DNA of 64,000 bases from Isosphaeraceae bacterium (GTDB lineage Bacteria > Planctomycetota > Planctomycetia > Isosphaerales > Isosphaeraceae), in NCBI GenBank assembly GCA_965201075.1, contig CBDAVP010000010.1, forward strand, positions 62,001 to 126,000. The letters are read 5' to 3'. The position numbers and the translations under genes are program-made. Numbering within the stretch: position 1 is the first letter of the stretch; the number at the start of each line of letters is the position of its first letter. Below, one piece after another: positions 57,108 through 64,000 of the stretch. The notes beneath the pieces are model-generated. The model had not been told where the DNA came from. It searched no databases and was given only the letters and a program-made list of their open reading frames with translations.

Positions 57108-57386
57108 ATGTCGAAAGAGCGCCGTCGCGTCCTTTATCGTGGGCGGGTGCAGGGGGTTGGGTTTCGATTCACCACCCGTCGCCTGGCCTCGCGATTCGCC
57201 GTCGAAGGGTTTGTGCGCAACCTCGACGATGGCCGGGTCGAATTGCTGGTCGAGGGGGAGCCGGCGGAGGTCGATGGCCTCCTCGGCGCCGTGGCGGGCG
57301 AATTCGCCGGCAAGATCCGCGAGGCGGCCGTCGAGTCCCGGCCCGTCGGCGAATCTCCCATCTCAGGATTCGTCATTGATTCCTGA
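57108..57386 (+). CDS. acyP: Acylphosphatase
   Basis: GRVQGVGFR, GFVRNLDDGRVE. Confidence 0.95.
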   Translation: MSKERRRVLYRGRVQGVGFRFTTRRLASRFAVEGFVRNLDDGRVELLVEGEPAEVDGLLGAVAGEFAGKIREAAVESRPVGESPISGFVIDS

Positions 57387-57445
57387 TCGTCTTCCGATCG
57401 CATCGATCTGATCGTACTTTCCTCATCCCCGGGTGATCGCCGCTC

Positions 57446-58285
57446 ATGAATTCGCTGCTGACCGCTTCGGAGAAGACCTTCACGATCGCCTCGGCGACGG
57501 CCAAGGAGGCGATCCGCCAGCCGGCTTTCTTCGTCCTGGCCTTTCTGGCCGGGGCCTACCTGATCGCCTCGATCTTCGTCTCGTACTTCACGCTGGGCGA
57601 AGACATCAAGATGTACAAGGACACGGGGCTGACGACGATCTCGTTCGCCTGTCTCTTGCTGGCCTTGCTGACCTCCAGCTCGACGGTGGCCGAGGAGATT
57701 GAGGGGAAGACGGCCGTCACCTTGCTGTCCAAGCCTGTGACTCGTCGGCAGTTCATCCTGGGCAAGCTGCTGGGGATTGAACTGGGCGTGCTGGCGATGT
57801 TCGCGGTGCTGGGCGGGCTGTTCGCCGCCGGGGTCTGGTACAAATATGGCTACGACCTTCGCGAGAGCGCTGGCGCCGTGGGGGACATGCAGCAGCGCAT
57901 CGGCCAGGTCCGCCAGATTTTGCCCGGCCTGGCGCTGGGGTTCTTCGAGGTGACCGTGCTGGCCAGCGTCAGCGTGGCGATCTCGACGCGGCTGCCGATG
58001 CTGGTCAACCTGGTCGTCTGCATCGCGGTGTTCTTCCTGGGCCACCTGACGCCGGTGCTGGTGAAGGCCACCGCGGCGGGCAACGAACTGATCAAGTTCA
58101 TGTCGCAACTCTTCGAGTGGGTTTTCCCCTCGCTGGAGTTCTTCAACGCGAGCCCGGCGATCGCCACTGGCGCGGTGATCCCCTGGGTCGATTACGTCCT
58201 GCCGGCCCTGGGATATTGCGTGATGTATAGTGGAGCGGCGTTGCTCTTCGCCTTTCTGCTGTTCGAGAACCGCGACGTGGCCTGA
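57446..58285 (+). CDS. ABC-2 type transporter permease
   Basis: Six TM helices and EEIEGKTA.TLLSKPV.R.QFILGK. Confidence 0.85.
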   Translation: MNSLLTASEKTFTIASATAKEAIRQPAFFVLAFLAGAYLIASIFVSYFTLGEDIKMYKDTGLTTISFACLLLALLTSSSTVAEEIEGKTAVTLLSKPVTRRQFILGKLLGIELGVLAMFAVLGGLFAAGVWYKYGYDLRESAGAVGDMQQRIGQVRQILPGLALGFFEVTVLASVSVAISTRLPMLVNLVVCIAVFFLGHLTPVLVKATAAGNELIKFMSQLFEWVFPSLEFFNASPAIATGAVIPWVDYVLPALGYCVMYSGAALLFAFLLFENRDVA

Positions 58286-58383
58286 GCGGACCCCTCGCCG
58301 AACCGATGTCCGGCCCAGCCCTCGATGGGCGGGCCGGCGGGCTCGGTAGGCTCCGAGGCCCGACCCTCTGGGACACGCCCGCA

Positions 58384-60357
58384 ATGACATCGGCGGCCTA
58401 TCTGCGAGCCCGACGGCTGGCGACCGAGGGTCTGGGGGCCGCCAACGGAGCCCGGGTTTTTGGCGTCCTTCACGCCCTTTTGCTGTTGGCTGTGGTCGGC
58501 ACCGCGGGGGGATTGATAGCTCTGGCGACCAGCCACGGTGACGCCACGATTCCCCAGAACCGGCCGGCCTGGTTACCCCGCTGGGTTCTGAAAGGGGTTC
58601 CGGCCCACCCCACCGCCGAGGTCATCCAGCACGGCACCGGCCTGTACCCGGTGGCCACGGCCAACCGTCAGTCGACCCATCCAGCCCACCGTCTGGTCGG
58701 TCGCGTCGTCGAGCGCGCCGTCTCCACCGTCCCCACCCTGCGCAATAATGAAGGGGCGGCGTTAAGCCTAATCATCCTTGGACTGGTTCTGGTTCTGGCG
58801 ACGCTGTGGACCTCGCAGGCCCGAAGTGCCCGGGCGGCTCAAGCCGCGGGGGAGGCCGCCTCGGCCTTGCGTCGGCAGATTCACCGGCAACACTACCGAC
58901 TTGGCCAGTCGGCCCTGCCTTCGCAGGGAATGGGCCCCGTGGTGACGATGTTCGCCCGAGACGTCGAGGAGATCGGCGAAGGTGTCCACGCCGACCTTGA
59001 GCGTTCCTGGGGCTCGCCGGTTTTAGCCATCGGTTTGGTGTCGATCGCCCTGGCCGTCTCCTGGCCGCTGACTCTGATGGTGCTCTCGCTGGCCTCGTTG
59101 GTCGGGATCGCCTCTCGACCGCTCAATCGCCGAGCCCGCCAGGTGGCCGAGGTGGCCCATCGCGACGCCGAGGTTTATCGAGACCTCCTCCAGGAAGACC
59201 TGGAACTGATGAGAACGGTGCGGGTCTACGGAATGGAGGCCGAGGACAACCGACGGTTCGAGGACCACCTTGAACGTCTCCAGCACGCCGACTCCCTGAA
59301 GGCTCGGTGGGACGCGCGGATCAGCCCGACCACCTGGTTGATGGCGGAGGTTTCCGCGGTGCTGGTCGCCGGCCTGGTCGCTTCCAACGTGATGGATGGG
59401 CGGCTCTCGGTGGCTGGGGCATTGATCCTGCTGGGGTCGCTGGCCCTTCTGGCCAAGCCGGTTCGCAACTGGCTCGCCATGCGTCGCCAGGTCCGCCAGG
59501 CGGGCCGGGTCGCCGGGCCCCTGTTCGACTACCTGGAACTGACCCCCGAACTCCAGCAGGCCGTGGGCGCCCAGTTCTTGCCCCCCTTGCGTCAGCGGAT
59601 CACCTTCGAGGACGTGTCGCTCGACAACCCCTCGGGCCGTCCCCTGCTCGAAGGCGTCACCTTCACCATCCCCGCCCGCTCCCGCACGGCGTTGATGGGC
59701 CGTGACGAAGAGGCCAAGCACGCCCTGGCCTGCATGATCCCCCGACTCCTCGACCCCAAGTCTGGCCGAGTGCGAATCGACGGCGTGGACCTGCGCGAAG
59801 TGACCTTGGAATCGGCCCGCGCCCAGGTTGGCACGGTCTTCCAGTCCGACCTGGCGTTCAGCGACACGGTGATCGCCAACATCGCCCTGGGCGACCCCAA
59901 CCAGTCCTTGCCCAAGGTTATCGAGGCCGCCAAGGTCGCCCATGCCCACAACTTCATCCAGGACCTACCCCAGGGTTACGACACCCCGATTGGGCCCCTC
60001 GGCCGTCACCTCCGGCCCGACGAACTGTACCGAATCGCCCTGGCCCGAGCCTTCCTGCACGACCCGGCCATCCTCATCATCGAGGAGCCCACCACCCCTA
60101 TCGACGACGACACCAAGCAACTGATCGACGACACAATCGACCGGCTGGCCCAGGACCGCACGATTCTGTTCCTGCCTCACCGCTTCTCGACAATCCGCGG
60201 CGCCGACCAGGTGTTGGTGCTGCACAACGGCCGCCTCGAAGCCTCGGGAACTCCCAAGGATCTGCAGTCCGCGAGCAAGGTCTACCGCCACCTTCAGTAC
60301 GTCGAGTTCAACCAGTTCGCCACCGGAGAGGTCGAGGCCGGCGAACTCCACGCCTGA
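58384..60357 (+). CDS. ABC exporter TMD-NBD fusion with degenerate nucleotide-binding motifs
   Basis: TM domain, ITFEDV, V.Q, HNFI..LPQGYDT.IG, RIALARA, IIEEPT, PHR. Walker A and signature motifs are altered. Confidence 0.85.
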   Translation: MTSAAYLRARRLATEGLGAANGARVFGVLHALLLLAVVGTAGGLIALATSHGDATIPQNRPAWLPRWVLKGVPAHPTAEVIQHGTGLYPVATANRQSTHPAHRLVGRVVERAVSTVPTLRNNEGAALSLIILGLVLVLATLWTSQARSARAAQAAGEAASALRRQIHRQHYRLGQSALPSQGMGPVVTMFARDVEEIGEGVHADLERSWGSPVLAIGLVSIALAVSWPLTLMVLSLASLVGIASRPLNRRARQVAEVAHRDAEVYRDLLQEDLELMRTVRVYGMEAEDNRRFEDHLERLQHADSLKARWDARISPTTWLMAEVSAVLVAGLVASNVMDGRLSVAGALILLGSLALLAKPVRNWLAMRRQVRQAGRVAGPLFDYLELTPELQQAVGAQFLPPLRQRITFEDVSLDNPSGRPLLEGVTFTIPARSRTALMGRDEEAKHALACMIPRLLDPKSGRVRIDGVDLREVTLESARAQVGTVFQSDLAFSDTVIANIALGDPNQSLPKVIEAAKVAHAHNFIQDLPQGYDTPIGPLGRHLRPDELYRIALARAFLHDPAILIIEEPTTPIDDDTKQLIDDTIDRLAQDRTILFLPHRFSTIRGADQVLVLHNGRLEASGTPKDLQSASKVYRHLQYVEFNQFATGEVEAGELHA

Positions 60358-60707
60358 CCCCTGGCCGACGATCGCGCCGGGCGTAACACGCGGGCCGAGA
60401 GTCGGGCCGAAACCGCAAGGGGCCGGGGGGCAGCAAGTCGAGGGTAGGTGGCGGGCGTTTTGCCGTGGTGCCAATCTCAGGCGCCTGAGCCTATCGTTTG
60501 AGCGATCGCATGGGCAAGTGATAGGCCCTACCGTGGGGTCCGACTCGGTGGCCTTGAGAAAGCGGGCAAGGTCGGGGTAGCGCTCGACGACCGCCAGACC
60601 ATGGCGTGTTGCCAGAAAGTCGCGAAGGAGGCGGTGGGATGGGCGGATAGGGATCCCTTGCCAGATGGTCACTGTTCTCGGTCTGAGTTTTCACAGGTGT
60701 TTCGACG

Positions 60708-61157
60708 TCACGGTGGCCGATTTCCCTGGAATTCTTCGCTCTGACAGCGTGGGCAGAGGCCCCAAAAGGTGACCTCGGCCTCGTCGATCAGGAACCCGTG
60801 AGTGGCCGAGGGGTTCAGGCAGGGGGCAGCGCCGAGGACGCAATCGACATCCGCCGCGACTCCGCACGTCCGGCAGACGACGTGATGGTGGTTGTCGCCG
60901 ACGCGGGTCTCGAACCTCGCCGGGTGGCCGGCCGGCTCGATCCGGCGGACCAGATTGGCGCGGAGCAGGGCCTCCAGGTTGTCGTAGACCGCCTGGGTAG
61001 ACAGACTACCCAGCCGTCGTCGCGCGGCCTCGGCGATCGCCTCGGCGTCGGCGTGCGGGTTCTCGGTCACGGCCGCCAGCACCGCCAGTCGCCCCGCCGT
61101 GACGCGAAGTCCCACGTCCTTGAGTCGATCTTGAAATGTCCGATCCGAGGGTTTCAT
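60708..61157 (-). CDS. furA: Fur family regulator, actinobacterial FurA type
   Basis: LRVT..RLAVL, PHADAE, STQAVYD, ETRVGDNHHHVVCRTC, DVDC..G.APCL, IDEAEV.FWGLCP.C. Confidence 0.88.
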   Translation of the reverse strand: MKPSDRTFQDRLKDVGLRVTAGRLAVLAAVTENPHADAEAIAEAARRRLGSLSTQAVYDNLEALLRANLVRRIEPAGHPARFETRVGDNHHHVVCRTCGVAADVDCVLGAAPCLNPSATHGFLIDEAEVTFWGLCPRCQSEEFQGNRPP

Positions 61158-61164
61158 CTTTCAG

Positions 61165-61194
61165 ATTGTATTGACGGTCTGGAATGAGTCAAGA
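61165..61194 (-). promoter_or_regulatory. furA promoter (leaderless) with FurA-box-like operator
   Basis: Minus strand TTGACT-N16-TACAAT with the ATG 7 nt after -10. Imperfect palindrome TCTTGACTCATTCCAGA over -35. Confidence 0.75.
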
Positions 61195-61210
61195 ATCGGA
61201 TCCCATCAAA

Positions 61211-64000
61211 TCAATGACCGCCAACCAGAGCGATGAATTCGGGGAGATCGCGAAGGGGGACGAGGTCGGGGTCGTCGGGGGCGATGCGAGGGTCGGCGCC
61301 GGCGTCGATGGCTCGGCGGAGCAGGCCGAGGGCCCGGGGCAGGAGGCGAGGATCTTGGGTGGTTTGGGCCAGCAGCGAGGTGGCGCAGGCGGCGTTGTAG
61401 AGGTGGGCGGCGGTGGGGACGGCGGTGAGTTGGTCGACGTCGTCGAGGGCGGTGACCTCGCCGAGGCGACCTCGGAGCAGAGCGCGGACCTGGAGGGCGT
61501 CGACCAGGGTGGGTTCGGCGGCCAGGGCGTTGTCAGCGTGGGCCAGGGCGGCGCGGGGGTCGGTCTCTCGACGGACCAGGGCCAGCCCGAGGTGGGCGCG
61601 GGCGTGATGGGGGTCGACCTTGAGGGCGTGGCGGAAATCGGCCGAGGCGGCGGCGGGGTCGGTGGCCAGGTGGAAGAAGCCCGAGGCGACGCGGGCGAGA
61701 GGGTCGTCGGGGCGCTCTCGCAGGGCGTTGGCGAAGGCGCGGCCGGCCTCGTCTCGCCGGCCGAGGCGTCCCAGGGCCTCGGCGTGGGCCAGTTGGGTCG
61801 CGGGTTCGGATCGGCCCAGGGCCACGGCTCGGGACAGGTCACGCTCGGCGGCGGCCGGTTCGCCCAGTTCCAGCAGGGTCAGGCCCCGGTCGACCAGGGC
61901 TTCGGCGAACTGGTCGTTCAGCGACAGGGCCCGGTCGTAGGCGGCGCGGGCCTCGACCAGTCGCCCCGCGGCGGCCAGGGCGAGGCCGCGGTTCAGGTGG
62001 GGCCAGGCGAAGTCCGGCGCCAGGGCCGTGCAAACACCGAAGTCGCCGGCCGCCTCCAGGTTGCGCCCCTGCTTCAGGTGGCAGAGGCCCAGGGCGAACC
62101 AGGCCCAGAAGCGTCGGCCGTCCAGAGCGACGGCGTGGGCCAGGGGGGTCTCGGCCCGGTCGGCGTGGCCGGCGGCCAGCAGGGCGACGCCTCGCAGGTA
62201 GAAGTCTCGGCAAGTGGTCGGGACGAGTCCTTTGGCGTGGTCGCGGTCCCTGGCGGCGGCCTCGCCCCGACCGAGAGCGGCGAGGTCGCGGGCCCGCTCC
62301 TCGAATAACGCCGCGGTGGGCCGGGGGTCGGCCCGCTCGGCCCGGTTCAGCCAGTCGACGGCGCGTTCGAGGGCCTCGCGGCGTCCCCGGTCGGTCGCGT
62401 CGAAATGCCCGACCCGAGCCACCTCGGCGCGGGCCAGGAGTAGCTCCAGTTCGGCGATGTCCTCGCGGAGCCGGATGAGTTCGGCGGCCGAGAGGCGGTC
62501 GGCGGGGGCGTGCTCGGTCCAGTCGGCTCGCCCGTCGGGGTCGAAGGACGCCAGGGCCTCCCGGGCCAGCTTGATCCCGGTGTCGATGTGTCCGGGCGGG
62601 CCGTCGATGTTGAGCAGGAGTTGCGAACGGTCGAACGCGGCCCGAAAGTCGGCCAGTTTCAGCCGGGCCGCGGCGGTTTCCAGTTGGGACGAGAGGAACC
62701 AGGCCATCGCCCAGCAGGTCAAGAGCAACAGCATCGCCGCCAGGCCGAGGTTCGAGGCGCTGGTGACTCGGGGGTTGCGACGCATCCACTTCGCGGCGCA
62801 CTCTCGCAGACTCGGCTCGGGAGCGTGTTTCAAGGGCCGGTCGTCCAGCAGTCGCTGGAGGTCGTCGGCCAGGTAGGCGGCTCGGGCATAGCGACGGTCG
62901 GGGTCGGGGTCCAGGAGCTTGCGCAGGACCGAATCGAGACCCCAGGGGGCTTGAGGGACGACCGACCGCAGCGAAGGCGCCGGGCCGGCCCGCTGCTCGG
63001 ACATTTCTCGCAGGGTGGAGACCAGGTCGGTTCCCCGGGCGGTTTCCGGGAAGGCGGGGCGGCCGGCGACCATCTCGAAGAGGATCAGGCCCAGGGAATA
63101 CAGGTCGGAACGCTCATCGACCGCTTCCGGAAGGGTGGAGCCCCGGGGATTGAAGGCGTCAAGGTGTTCCGGGGCCATGTAGGGTAAGGTTCCGCCGAGG
63201 CGGGTGCGGGCGTCGTGGGCCTCGGGCTGGGCGTCGGCCGAGAGGTTGAAGTCCAGCAGCATCGGGGTGCCGTCGGCGGCAATCAGAATGTTGGAGGGCT
63301 TGAGGTCGCGGTGCAGCAGCCCCCGGGAGTGGGCGTGCGCCAGCCCCTCGGCCAGCCTCGCGGCGATCCAGACCGAGGCCTGGATGTAGGTGGCGTGGAT
63401 CAGGTAGCGGCGAGAGGGCTGGTCCAGGTCCGAGACTGGCGACGACGACGTGGCCTCCGCGGCGGCTTCTGATCCAGCGGTCGAGCCGGTCGGGGCTGTC
63501 GCGACGGCTTTCGACCGTCGCCAGCCGGCCCAGGGGGTCGAGGGGGCGGCCGGAGGGGGCGTCGGGGCTCGCGCCGGCGCCGGCGACGAGGCCCGGGAGG
63601 CGGCGGGCCTCGACAGGTCGGCCAGGGCCGAGCCGGGGGCGTCGAGCCGGGTGCCGACGCGGTCCAGCGCTTCGACGAGGCTGAACCCGGTGGCCTGGCA
63701 AGGGAGTTTCGCCCCGGCCGCTTCCAGCACCTGCGCCAGGTTCGCTCCGCCGAGATAGGGCATGCACAGCAGGCGGAGGCCGGCCCGGGGATCGTCGTGG
63801 ACCGAGTGGATCGGGACGATATGCGTGTGCTGGAGCCGCGCCAGGGCGCGATGCTCGTCCCCCTGGATCTTGGAAGCCTTGAGCGCCACCGGACGGTTGG
63901 CGAGGTTGGCCTGCTGAGCCAGGTAGACGCGGGCGAAGGCGCCCCGACCGAGTTCCGACAGCACGAAGAACCCCGCCACCTCGTCGCCCGGCTCGGGGAA
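61211..64000 (-). CDS. Ser/Thr protein kinase with TM segment and TPR repeats, 5'-truncated by the window edge
   Basis: LGRGAFARVY, VALK, HRDLKPSN, DFNL, GGTLPYMAPE, SDLYSLG, C-terminal TPRs. Frame is open to the window end. Confidence 0.92.
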   Translation of the reverse strand, partial: FPEPGDEVAGFFVLSELGRGAFARVYLAQQANLANRPVALKASKIQGDEHRALARLQHTHIVPIHSVHDDPRAGLRLLCMPYLGGANLAQVLEAAGAKLPCQATGFSLVEALDRVGTRLDAPGSALADLSRPAASRASSPAPARAPTPPPAAPSTPWAGWRRSKAVATAPTGSTAGSEAAAEATSSSPVSDLDQPSRRYLIHATYIQASVWIAARLAEGLAHAHSRGLLHRDLKPSNILIAADGTPMLLDFNLSADAQPEAHDARTRLGGTLPYMAPEHLDAFNPRGSTLPEAVDERSDLYSLGLILFEMVAGRPAFPETARGTDLVSTLREMSEQRAGPAPSLRSVVPQAPWGLDSVLRKLLDPDPDRRYARAAYLADDLQRLLDDRPLKHAPEPSLRECAAKWMRRNPRVTSASNLGLAAMLLLLTCWAMAWFLSSQLETAAARLKLADFRAAFDRSQLLLNIDGPPGHIDTGIKLAREALASFDPDGRADWTEHAPADRLSAAELIRLREDIAELELLLARAEVARVGHFDATDRGRREALERAVDWLNRAERADPRPTAALFEERARDLAALGRGEAAARDRDHAKGLVPTTCRDFYLRGVALLAAGHADRAETPLAHAVALDGRRFWAWFALGLCHLKQGRNLEAAGDFGVCTALAPDFAWPHLNRGLALAAAGRLVEARAAYDRALSLNDQFAEALVDRGLTLLELGEPAAAERDLSRAVALGRSEPATQLAHAEALGRLGRRDEAGRAFANALRERPDDPLARVASGFFHLATDPAAASADFRHALKVDPHHARAHLGLALVRRETDPRAALAHADNALAAEPTLVDALQVRALLRGRLGEVTALDDVDQLTAVPTAAHLYNAACATSLLAQTTQDPRLLPRALGLLRRAIDAGADPRIAPDDPDLVPLRDLPEFIALVGGH

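Noticed and set aside
63240..63260. DFN instead of DFG in the kinase
   Set aside because: The metal-binding Asp and all other catalytic motifs are intact, so this is not evidence of a pseudokinase.

Overview
GC-rich bacterial DNA, almost certainly from a planctomycete (Isosphaeraceae-like). The evidence is a DUF1559 prepilin-like gene, three proteins with the planctomycete LE-x-R-x-LL extracellular motif, a TPR-CRTAC1 protein, a Uma2 nuclease and a TPR Ser/Thr kinase. About 47 CDS are present. They cover surface-glycan genes (five GT4-type glycosyltransferases, a methyltransferase, an MBOAT acyltransferase, a UbiA/GT-C/YfhO trio and a Wza-like exporter), prpD and prpB, rny, a radical SAM gene, topoisomerase IB, ABC components and secreted proteins. 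No rRNA, tRNA, CRISPR array, integrase or transposase was recognised. The most notable signals lie outside routine annotation. (1) A Phd-VapC toxin-antitoxin islet is bracketed by a 99-bp duplication of the rny 3' end. (2) A lipoprotein gene is enclosed by 49-bp inverted repeats and followed by a degenerate copy of the prpB 3' end. (3) An ADP-ribosyltransferase-like toxin has a small coupled partner gene. (4) An actinobacterial-type furA keeps its operator and leaderless promoter but has no katG. (5) There are three sigma54-type promoters, a candidate multi-stem leader RNA and an in-frame ATG-TAA at a PEP-CTERM gene. All family calls are by eye from motifs; no searches were run.
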